Source: Promethearchaeota archaeon (lineage in GTDB: Archaea; Asgardarchaeota; Lokiarchaeia; Sigyniarchaeales; SOKP01). From it: a stretch of DNA of 14,041 nt. The notes below the pieces were generated by a model. That model made no database searches. It worked only from the letters and a program-made list of their open reading frames with translations, and was not told where the DNA came from. The position numbers were made by a program, and so were the translations under genes. This document shows, piece after piece, positions 1 through 7,686 of the stretch. The stretch's first letter is position 1. Each line of letters opens with the position of its first letter. The stretch is taken from assembly GCA_048938445.1 (NCBI GenBank), contig JBHLME010000118.1, positions 1-14,041 on the forward strand, read 5' to 3'.

Positions 1-242
1 ATTATTTTTGAAAAGAATTTTATAATTTTTTAAAATCATTAACTAATTAATACATTTCTTTAAATAGAATTAAAGATTTTAATCAAGGAAGTGCTTTTTT
101 TTTATTTAATATAATAAAATTTTGAAATCTTTTTTATTTTTATATAGTTGCAGTGGAAATTAAGGAGTGTATTTATTGCTATTTATATAAATTCTAAAAA
201 ACTAAAAATTGTATAATATATAATAATAAAAAAAATTGATAA

Positions 243-497
243 TTAAAATGTTAATTTCCAGAAAACTAAGGGTCGTCCTCTAGTTCCATCATTACGAGTA
301 AATTTTTGGATTTGTTTTAATTTTTGTAATTTTACTAAATTATCATATATAGTAGTTCTGGCAGTATGTAATCTTTTAACCAGATCTCTACGTGTCATTG
401 GACCATGGATTTCTAAAGTCTTTAATAAATTATTTTGGATTGGTGATAAAATGGTCTTAGTATCTGAAAATTTTTCTATAATTATTTCATTGGCCAT
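243..497 (-). CDS. Small winged helix-turn-helix transcriptional regulator (TrmB/ArsR-like)
   Basis: 84 aa with HTH segment GPMTRRDLVKRLHTARTTIYDNLVKL followed by the wing motif GTRGRPLVFWKL. Strong GGAGG RBS at 506-510 upstream of the ATG. Confidence 0.85.
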   Translation of the reverse strand: MANEIIIEKFSDTKTILSPIQNNLLKTLEIHGPMTRRDLVKRLHTARTTIYDNLVKLQKLKQIQKFTRNDGTRGRPLVFWKLTF

Positions 498-505
498 AAC
501 ATATT

Positions 506-512
506 CCTCCTA
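506..512 (-). promoter_or_regulatory. Shine-Dalgarno site for the wHTH gene
   Basis: Minus strand reads TAGGAGG-AATATGTT-ATG, with 8 nt between GGAGG and the start at 497. Confidence 0.75.
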
Positions 513-599
513 CTTTTTAACGACATTTATTCGACAATATAAATAGTGAACTTGAAAGCAAGTTCTTTAATAATATAATAAAAAATAAAATATATAAAG

Positions 600-675
600 A
601 TGCTTATTTATGCATTATTATCATAAAACTGCATAAAGTTTATTAATGTCTTTTTTTATGCAATATATGTCGACA
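600..675. promoter_or_regulatory. Candidate operator array in the divergent promoter region
   Basis: TTTATGCA occurs at 607-614 (+), 630-637 (inverted, TGCATAAA) and 655-662 (+). Palindrome TGTCGACA at 668-675. The region lies between two divergent DNA-binding genes. Confidence 0.45.
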
Positions 676-703
676 AAATAAAATGTTATAATTCTAAAAT
701 ATT

Positions 704-1090
704 ATGCCTGATCAGAAAGAACAAGTAAAAAGAACTACAGTAACTTTAAGTGATATCACGATGAATCAAGTTAATGAATTAATCGGAGTTTTTGGCAACA
801 ATTCTGCAGCTGTTATTAGTAAAATTGTCGAACATTTTTTTTATTACGGTAGATTTGATGATTTATTGAAAAATTTAAGAGCAAAAAAGAGAGAACTTTA
901 CCCCCCAGAACAAGATTATTTAAATAAAAAAATAGCTACTCTATTAAAAGGCGTGGATGAAATACCTTTTGAAGAATTTATTGAAGATTTAGAATTAGAT
1001 AGAAAATTTGCTGTTAATAATTTTCATATATGGTCTGAAAAATTTAAAATTAGACGTAAAGGTAATCTAATAGTAAAAGTGCAATTGTAA
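704..1090 (+). CDS. Ribbon-helix-helix (CopG/MetJ-like) DNA-binding protein with a probable C-terminal winged-helix domain
   Basis: N-terminal KRTTVTLSDITMNQVNELIGVFGNNSAAVISKIVEHFF fits the RHH strand-helix-G-helix pattern. The C-terminal ~50 aa show a helix / IPFEEFIEDLELD / helix / beta-hairpin (IRRKGNLIVK) pattern. Confidence 0.65.
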   Translation: MPDQKEQVKRTTVTLSDITMNQVNELIGVFGNNSAAVISKIVEHFFYYGRFDDLLKNLRAKKRELYPPEQDYLNKKIATLLKGVDEIPFEEFIEDLELDRKFAVNNFHIWSEKFKIRRKGNLIVKVQL

Positions 1091-1102
1091 CGTAAAAATT
1101 TT

Positions 1103-1303
1103 TTAACTTAATAATTCAAAAAATCCATTAGATTGAGTTATCATCCAATTTATTAGCGATGTTATAACTCCTACAATTATGAAAAATATAAATAAAGCAA
1201 ATCCTATTAATAAAGCATATTCAACCATATTTCCACCAAACTCATCCTTATAGAAATCCTTTACCTTTTTAAAACATTTTTTTAACCAAAAAATTATTCG
1301 CAT
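1103..1303 (-). CDS. Flp-type (Tad) prepilin
   Basis: 66 aa. Basic leader, then FYKDEFG|GNMVEYALLIGFAL with Gly at -1, Glu+5 and Tyr+6 (the Flp motif), a hydrophobic helix and a short C-terminus. Predicted mature pilin is 43 aa. Confidence 0.8.
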   Translation of the reverse strand: MRIIFWLKKCFKKVKDFYKDEFGGNMVEYALLIGFALFIFFIIVGVITSLINWMITQSNGFFELLS

Positions 1304-1328
1304 AACATTAATAATTTTTAATTTTAAT

Positions 1329-1336
1329 TATTTAAA
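1329..1336 (-). promoter_or_regulatory. TATA box for the pilin gene
   Basis: TTTAAATA on the minus strand ends about 26 nt upstream of the ATG at 1303, consistent with a leaderless transcript. The AT-rich background weakens the signal. Confidence 0.4.
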
Positions 1337-1371
1337 CTAAACAGTTTATTTGTAATAAACTCAAAAATCAT

Positions 1372-1386
1372 AAAAAATAAAAAAAA
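1372..1386 (-). terminator. Oligo-T archaeal terminator after the HIT gene
   Basis: Minus strand reads T8-A-T5-A a few bases after the HIT stop codon. Confidence 0.4.
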
Positions 1387-1390
1387 TGAT

Positions 1391-1804
1391 TTAAATTTTT
1401 AAAATTTTTAAAACTCCCTCGAGTTCTTCATCAGATGCTTGATTTCTAGGGATTTTTAATTTAAATCTATCATCATTTTCTATTCTTGGAATAATATGAA
1501 TATGAAAATGATTTATTTCCTGTCCAGCTGCTTTAAAATTATTTTGAAGAATGTTATATCCTTCTATATTTAATTTTTTATGAATATGAACTGCTAATAT
1601 TTTGACAACCTTAATAAGTTCCATTAAATCACTTTCTTTAATATCTTCTATATTATGATAATGATTTTTAGGAATTAATATAGTATGACCCTCAAAAATT
1701 GGGAAAATATCTAAAAATGCTAATACTTTATCATTTTCATAAATAATTTTAGCAGGGATTTTTCTATCAACAATATCACAAAAGATGCAATCACTATCAT
1801 TCAT
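1391..1804 (-). CDS. hit: HIT family nucleotide hydrolase (Hint/HinT-like)
   Basis: DCIFCDI N-terminus, AFLDIFP, GHTILIPK and intact histidine triad HFHIHIIPR. ATG at 1804 preferred over the track's GTG at 1816. Confidence 0.95.
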   Translation of the reverse strand: MNDSDCIFCDIVDRKIPAKIIYENDKVLAFLDIFPIFEGHTILIPKNHYHNIEDIKESDLMELIKVVKILAVHIHKKLNIEGYNILQNNFKAAGQEINHFHIHIIPRIENDDRFKLKIPRNQASDEELEGVLKILKI

Positions 1805-1912
1805 AAAAATAAGCACTTTTTTTTAAATTTATAATATGAGTAAATGAAATCCAAATTAATAAATTTTAACTGAGTTATTTTTTTAATTTTGATACTGATT
1901 CATTTTAATGTA

Positions 1913-2725
1913 ATGGATATTGAAGAAATTAGACAATTAATTGAAAAATCATTATCACCAAATATTAATCTTATTGATAATGAACTTTATGGTATTCATT
2001 ATGGAGACAAAAAAAAAAAGAATATTAAAAAAATTTTAATGACAGTAGATTTAAGCTTAAAAGCAATCCATTATGCCATTAAAAATAAAATAAACTTAAT
2101 AATCTCATTTTATGGTTTAATACATAAACCAATTATAATGTTTAATAATAATTTGATTAATAAATTAAATTTACTTTCAAAATATCCCATCTCAATTTTT
2201 ATTTTAAACTCATCCTTAATATCTGCTGAAGGAGGGATTTCAGATATAATTTCAGAACTCTTATTCTTGAAATTAGAACATACATTTAATATTATGAATT
2301 TCAATAATCTAGAGATTCCAATCGGTCGAATATGCAGTCCAAAATTTTATACAAATGAAAGAGAAGATCTAACTTTAAATACATTAATTAAACGAATAAA
2401 GCAAAACTATAATATCGATAAAATAATTTATGTTGGTGAATTGAATAAAGTTCTCAAAAAAATTTGCATAATTGGAGGGGAACTATTTAAAATTGACTAT
2501 TTGGAGAAAGCATCGAAATTAGGTTGTGATTGCTTTATCTCTGGTAAAATAAACTTTTTAGGAGCAAGTTACGCTAATGATATTGGAATTTGTATAATAA
2601 AAATTCCGTTCTATGAAAGTTTATGCGTTGCTTTAAAAAAATTAAATAATATATTGAGTTTAGAATATCCAAATGAAGAATTTGTATTTTTTCAATATGA
2701 TAATCCAATACAAGTATTTAAATAA
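1913..2725 (+). CDS. Nif3/YbgI (DUF34)-like protein with degenerate metal site
   Basis: YGIHYG...IKKILMTVDLSLKAIHYA...NLIIS, EGGIS, IPIGRI, KKICIIGG and GCDCFISG align with Nif3 family blocks. ATG at 1913 preferred over TTG at 1889. Confidence 0.85.
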   Translation: MDIEEIRQLIEKSLSPNINLIDNELYGIHYGDKKKKNIKKILMTVDLSLKAIHYAIKNKINLIISFYGLIHKPIIMFNNNLINKLNLLSKYPISIFILNSSLISAEGGISDIISELLFLKLEHTFNIMNFNNLEIPIGRICSPKFYTNEREDLTLNTLIKRIKQNYNIDKIIYVGELNKVLKKICIIGGELFKIDYLEKASKLGCDCFISGKINFLGASYANDIGICIIKIPFYESLCVALKKLNNILSLEYPNEEFVFFQYDNPIQVFK

Positions 2726-2841
2726 AAATTCTTAGTCTGGAAAAATATAAAAATTTAATAAATATGATTAGGATTATAGATTTACTTTAATATGTTATAT
2801 CTATTTAAATAATCAAAGTAATATTAAAAAGTGAATAAATC

Positions 2842-3432
2842 ATGGTATTGCTAGAAATTAATGGTAAACGGCCTCAAATTAGTGAAAATGCATTTGTGAG
2901 TCCTTCAGCTACAATTCTAGGAGATGTAATAATACACGATAATGTTATTATTTGGCCAGGGGCAATAATCCGTGGGGATAATGCTCCAATTAATATAGGA
3001 GAGTATAGTACTATTTTTGATGGTGTTATATTATTTACTAGATCCCCTAAATGTTCAATTCACATAGGACGTTATTGTATTATAGAAACTGGAGCTACAA
3101 TATTAGGGTGCTTTATGGAAGATTATGTTCAAATTTTAGAAGGGACCTTAATTCATGAAGAAAGTTCAGTTGGAGAAGGAGTGGTTATTTTAAAAGATAG
3201 TGAGGTTCCCCCGGGTTTAGCAATTCCTGCTAGATCCGTTTTAAAAGGAAGACCTGTGGAAAAAATGAGGGAACAAACCAGAAATGATGTTTTAGATCAG
3301 AAAGAAAGAGCTCATCATTATTCGCAATTATTTATAAGAATAAAACAACATTTACCAAATGCTCAAGGATATATGCTGACATATCCTGATTTTATTAAGT
3401 TATTACTTGAACGTGATAAAGAAAAAATATAA
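2842..3432 (+). CDS. Gamma-carbonic-anhydrase-like (YrdA/CaiE/PaaY) left-handed beta-helix protein lacking Zn ligands
   Basis: GKRPQISENAFVSPSATILGDV..., WPGAIIRGD, hexapeptide repeats, IPARSVLKGRP and a C-terminal helix with HY. Confidence 0.9.
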   Translation: MVLLEINGKRPQISENAFVSPSATILGDVIIHDNVIIWPGAIIRGDNAPINIGEYSTIFDGVILFTRSPKCSIHIGRYCIIETGATILGCFMEDYVQILEGTLIHEESSVGEGVVILKDSEVPPGLAIPARSVLKGRPVEKMREQTRNDVLDQKERAHHYSQLFIRIKQHLPNAQGYMLTYPDFIKLLLERDKEKI

Positions 3433-3446
3433 AAAAAAAGATATTC

Positions 3447-4334
3447 TTAAATATTTACATTGAGCTTACTTACGAGGTCCTTATATCTTGAACGGAGTGT
3501 TACCTCTGTTACCCCTACTAACATTGCTATATCTTTTTGACTTACTCTTTTACCCCTTATTTTCGAGGCCAAGTACAAAGCTCCTGCACACAATCCTTTT
3601 GGATCTTTTCCACTCGTAGAAAATTTAGATGTATATGTATTTAAAATCTTAATTGTCGTTTTCTCATCTTCAGTGTCTAAGTTTAATTCTGCTATATAGC
3701 GAGGTATAAGTGATATGGGATCTGTTGAAGGAACTTTTAAATTTAATTCCTTAATTAATGTTCGATAACATCTTCTTACATCCTTTGCATTAACAGATGT
3801 TTCATCTAAAATTTCTTGAAGTGTTCTAGGTATTTTTTTTTCTCTACATGCAAAGTATAGACATGCTGCTACCATTCCATTAATAGATCTCCCACGAAGT
3901 AGTTTTTTCTTAAATGCTTCAATATATAGGCGAATAGCAGCTTTTTTTATATGATTTGGGAGGTTTAAATTACTAGCAATTCTTTTTAGCTCAGTAGTTG
4001 CGATTAACATATTTCTTTTATCCCAAGACATTCGTGAATTCCACTTGGCAGCTCTTTTTAAATCAGGATTTTTAATATTTTCTTTTGGAATAATTGTGCT
4101 CAGTCCTAAATCGGGTAAAAGAATAGATATAGGCGATCCAGTTCTCTCTCTTCTTTCCTTTTCTTGTTTAGTAAAAGCTCTCTTTCCGCTATGAGAAGTA
4201 TCTAGAATTCTTTCACTGATCACGAGACCACATTGACCACATACTATCTCGCCTTTTTCTTGAATAGAAATAATTTTTCCTCCACATTCTACACAATCAT
4301 TTGAAAAATTATCATTATTGGTTTCAACATCCAT
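3447..4334 (-). CDS. tfb: Transcription initiation factor IIB (TFB)
   Basis: Zn ribbon CVECGG...CGQCG, RTGSP, LLRGRSI...AACLYFACR, PRTLQEI, GKDPKGLCAGALY and VTEVTLRSRYKDL. ATG at 4334 has a GAGGAG RBS at 4344-4349, better than the TTG at 4388. Confidence 0.97.
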   Translation of the reverse strand: MDVETNNDNFSNDCVECGGKIISIQEKGEIVCGQCGLVISERILDTSHSGKRAFTKQEKERRERTGSPISILLPDLGLSTIIPKENIKNPDLKRAAKWNSRMSWDKRNMLIATTELKRIASNLNLPNHIKKAAIRLYIEAFKKKLLRGRSINGMVAACLYFACREKKIPRTLQEILDETSVNAKDVRRCYRTLIKELNLKVPSTDPISLIPRYIAELNLDTEDEKTTIKILNTYTSKFSTSGKDPKGLCAGALYLASKIRGKRVSQKDIAMLVGVTEVTLRSRYKDLVSKLNVNI

Positions 4335-4486
4335 TATAATTAACTCCTCATTATTTTTTTTATTAAAACATATTAAAAATACATCCAATTACATAACTCT
4401 GAAATAATCTGGCTTTAAACCTTATTTAAATTACTATCATTTAGTAACTTTATTCCCGTGATGCACATATATATACATAAATTATA

Positions 4487-4502
4487 TATTTAAATGTTTC
4501 GG
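4487..4502 (-). promoter_or_regulatory. BRE + TATA promoter upstream of tfb
   Basis: Minus strand CCGAAACA-TTTAAATA is a purine-rich BRE directly followed by a consensus TATA box. It implies a start near 4463. Confidence 0.55.
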
Positions 4503-4526
4503 TTATTTGTGGGATTTTTATGGGAA

Positions 4527-5918
4527 TTATTCACTATTAACTAAACTAGGGCAAGATGAGTGCTTAATTAAAAAATATTTATACATCTTAGTTTCTATTA
4601 ATTTTACATTATTGACCAAAATATTATTGTAAATAATTTCCAATTCATCTGAATTAAGCGTATAGTATTTAAAAACTAATAATTTGGAGACATATTCCTT
4701 GGAAACGTCAAAAAGTTGATCTATCACGGGAAAAAATATTTCAAATATATTTCTTTCTTTGGAAGTTAGCCTTAATTTGGGATTTATATCCTTTAGGTAT
4801 TCAAATGAATGATAAAATAATAAAAATAATTGAAAATAACAAATATATTTAGCAATAAAATAAAAATGTTCAATCGATGGACAAGGAAGACATATTTCTT
4901 GTTCTAATCCAATTGCGATAAATTTATCTTCACTAATATTTGCTAATTCTTCATACCCCCTATTTTTCAATTTAGAAATAACATCTTGATGATTTTTTTT
5001 AATAAAAATACAAAATTTGAATCTATTTGCTGTTTCAAAAGTCCTGCCATAAAAGCGAATAGTTTTAAATTCTAAATTCAGTATTTTAAATGGGAATTTA
5101 AACAATCTAAAAAATGTTTCCCAACGATAAGGATTGGATTTTTTAATTTCCACCCAATCAGAGTTTACATAATTTATGCAATAATATCCAAATTTTTTAA
5201 TAGATTCATTCAATTTTTTTGAATTATTCTCAAAATTTCTATTCTCTTCTTGAAATTTTATTATTACTTGATGAATTGATTCAATTAGAGTAATATAAAA
5301 ACACATGTATTTACTGCGAAATGCTTTAATTATAGACAAATTTGATCTTTGTTTTTCTAATTTAAAACTAAGCTTAGAACCTTGATATATTTGATTTATT
5401 GGAGGATTTATAGCATCAAAACTTAATTGAAATGGTGTTTCAAGATGTTCATGAATTATTAGCTTATTAGAATTCTGAGGATAGTAAATTATCATTTTAT
5501 ATTTAATATTTTTATTTTTTTTTATGATCTCTAATAATCCATTACAAATCTTTTCCCTATTTGATTTATTCTTAAAATCTAAGCCTCTAGAGTCAAATAT
5601 ATAATAATTATTAGTAAAATTTTCCATATTAGGATAAATAAATTTATGAAAAGTACGAACATAGTACCTTCCTGCCTTTAGAAAAGTGAAGTTTCTTACA
5701 TAGTCAATCTTCCATTCTACATCAAAAGGTTCCACTATAATTATTTCAATTTTTCTTTCACTTAATAAAGACAACAAACAAGAAAATAAATACTTCTTAT
5801 TTACCCTATATTTTGAATTTACTGAACAAAAATGGTTTATTAATTTATGTAATAAACAAGCTTTGATTTTTCCTTTAGAATCTAAATATTTTAAGATATT
5901 TTTATTTATGTCATTCAT
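4527..5918 (-). CDS. Hypothetical protein, possible N-terminal winged-helix domain
   Basis: 463-aa open frame, 3 nt downstream of the radical SAM stop. N-terminal ILKYLDSKGKIKACLLHKLI...LFSCLLSLLSERKIEII resembles a wH pattern. No family recognised for the remainder. Confidence 0.7.
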   Translation of the reverse strand: MNDINKNILKYLDSKGKIKACLLHKLINHFCSVNSKYRVNKKYLFSCLLSLLSERKIEIIIVEPFDVEWKIDYVRNFTFLKAGRYYVRTFHKFIYPNMENFTNNYYIFDSRGLDFKNKSNREKICNGLLEIIKKNKNIKYKMIIYYPQNSNKLIIHEHLETPFQLSFDAINPPINQIYQGSKLSFKLEKQRSNLSIIKAFRSKYMCFYITLIESIHQVIIKFQEENRNFENNSKKLNESIKKFGYYCINYVNSDWVEIKKSNPYRWETFFRLFKFPFKILNLEFKTIRFYGRTFETANRFKFCIFIKKNHQDVISKLKNRGYEELANISEDKFIAIGLEQEICLPCPSIEHFYFIAKYICYFQLFLLFYHSFEYLKDINPKLRLTSKERNIFEIFFPVIDQLFDVSKEYVSKLLVFKYYTLNSDELEIIYNNILVNNVKLIETKMYKYFLIKHSSCPSLVNSE

Positions 5919-5921
5919 GAT

Positions 5922-7430
5922 TCATCCAATTTCAATTTCATTTTCATCTAAAAACTTAAAAAAAGATCCTTTTTTATTTTTTAATGATTCAACTTGATTT
6001 TTCAGATTAAAGATCTTTAATAAATTACCATTCTGTTTATATTTCTTCATATTATCCAAACTATTATTCAAAAGATTTATATAATATTTAGTATATTTAT
6101 TGAAACTCTCTCGTAAGGTATATTTAGCAGAAGGGCGAACTGCATAAGGTCCATATTTAAGTAATTCTTCTCTTTTGTACCATTCTGGAAAAAAAGCATA
6201 TGAACCATATTTTTTTTGAAAATTTTCAAACTTGGTATAAATTCTTGTGCCTGTAAAATGATGATAAAAACGAATATTAAAGGCCATTGGATCAATATTA
6301 TCTTTCACAATCATTTCTTCTAACCTGCTAAAAGTTTCTAGCTGTGATTTATCTGTTTCCCCTGGATGATTGCAAAGTATATTTAAAATAAAAAAACTCC
6401 CCAATTTTTTATGTATCAAAAATAACTCTTCAAACTTATTCAGGTATATTGTAGGATTATTGGTTTTATTCATCACACTAAGCATTTTTTTTGAATAAGA
6501 TTCAAGGCCATACATTAAATAGAAATTTTTATGATTTAATTTTTGTAATAATTTATCATTCAAGAGGTCTAAGCGAGTTTCAATCCAAACTTGCGTTTGC
6601 TCTTCAAAAACATAGAGATCCAAGAATGAAGTTAACCATTTTTTACTCATTCCAAAAATCGGATCATAAAAACCATAAAGTGCTATACCATTTTCTGATC
6701 CATATTCTATCATTCTTTTTACTTCAAGAATGGCTCTTTTAGGACTATAACATCTCCATTTTTTTACATGTCCATTTGCTAACAAATTATGTTCTATACA
6801 AAAAACACATTTAAAAGGGCACCCTCTTGATAAGCTGATACTAAGATGTTTAAAATTCTTTATATATTTATCAAGAATAGAGAAATCTAGCAAAGGTAAA
6901 TCATCTAAATCATTAATGGGTTTCTTATTAATTATTACAGGTTTTTTTTGTTTTTTTAAAGGATTTTTGATTAAATCATAAAGTGAAACTTCTCCCTCAC
7001 CTACTATTATGAAATCTCCTGTTGAATTATTATCTATAAAGTCATTTGGACATGATGAAGCATGTGCTCCACCAAAAACGATATAAGAGTTTGGATAAAA
7101 TTTATGAAAGAACTCTGCGATTAATTTACTTGATAAATAATGATGTGAAGTGGTGACTGAAATTCCTATCAATGTACTACCATCAAGTTCAAAATCTAAT
7201 TCAGAAACCATTGTAATCATTTGCTTTTCAAATAATTCATTTTCTTTAAAGGATGCTATTTTAAGACTCCCCATGTCTTGTTCCACTGGTAAATAAAGTA
7301 AATCAAATTGTAAATAAGGTAGCTTTTTTTTTAGGTAATTTTCTAAGTAAACTTCCCAGATTAGAATTTCATCAGTTAAATGTTCTTTTTCTAAAACAAA
7401 TGGTTGGACAAATAAGATCTTTTTTATCAT
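5922..7430 (-). CDS. Cobalamin-binding radical SAM protein
   Basis: B12-binding domain (LIGISVTT, IVFGGAHAS, IIVGEGE), SRGCPFKCVFC (CxxxCxxC), ETRLD, GLESYSKKMLSVMNK and PGET. Confidence 0.95.
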   Translation of the reverse strand: MIKKILFVQPFVLEKEHLTDEILIWEVYLENYLKKKLPYLQFDLLYLPVEQDMGSLKIASFKENELFEKQMITMVSELDFELDGSTLIGISVTTSHHYLSSKLIAEFFHKFYPNSYIVFGGAHASSCPNDFIDNNSTGDFIIVGEGEVSLYDLIKNPLKKQKKPVIINKKPINDLDDLPLLDFSILDKYIKNFKHLSISLSRGCPFKCVFCIEHNLLANGHVKKWRCYSPKRAILEVKRMIEYGSENGIALYGFYDPIFGMSKKWLTSFLDLYVFEEQTQVWIETRLDLLNDKLLQKLNHKNFYLMYGLESYSKKMLSVMNKTNNPTIYLNKFEELFLIHKKLGSFFILNILCNHPGETDKSQLETFSRLEEMIVKDNIDPMAFNIRFYHHFTGTRIYTKFENFQKKYGSYAFFPEWYKREELLKYGPYAVRPSAKYTLRESFNKYTKYYINLLNNSLDNMKKYKQNGNLLKIFNLKNQVESLKNKKGSFFKFLDENEIEIG

Positions 7431-7686
7431 TTTATATTAAATTATTTATAAAAAAATCTAATCTTATCTATTTAAAGACAGTTGTTTTCAAACCTTCTAA
7501 TATTATGTAAAGTATTATGCTTTCCAAAAAGTATTAAATTTTCTTCCAAACACTCCCTTTTTTAAAAATGAAAGATTCAAATTAATTTATCTTGATGAAT
7601 TCTTCTCATCAAATTCGTCAATAATAGTGATTTTTAATTCCTTGTTTCCTTGATTGTGTTATTAATTAATTGTAGTAATAAAAAAA

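Noticed and set aside
1-242. Long non-coding AT-rich stretch with an AAGGAGTG RBS-like word at about 162-169
   Set aside because: No convincing ORF, hairpin or repeat follows. Probably terminator or intergenic sequence.
2110-2304. 64-aa minus-strand ORF
   Set aside because: Antisense shadow inside the Nif3-like gene.
4389-4526. SECIS element supporting Sec readthrough of the radical SAM UGA
   Set aside because: No AUGA...GA kink-turn stem or GAA/A archaeal SECIS could be built by eye. The UGA is also not in a redox-motif context.
6077-6742. ORFs 6077-6295 (-) and 6491-6742 (+)
   Set aside because: Alternate-frame and antisense shadows within the radical SAM gene, with no motifs.
7534-7658. 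Possible RiPP precursor or eroded gene upstream of the radical SAM (minus-strand pieces HNQGNKELKITIIDEFDEKNSSR* and FESFIFKKGSVWKKI*)
   Set aside because: The pieces are in different frames with no ATG or RBS. It could be a decayed gene end, but this cannot be supported without a tBLASTn/BLASTx hit.
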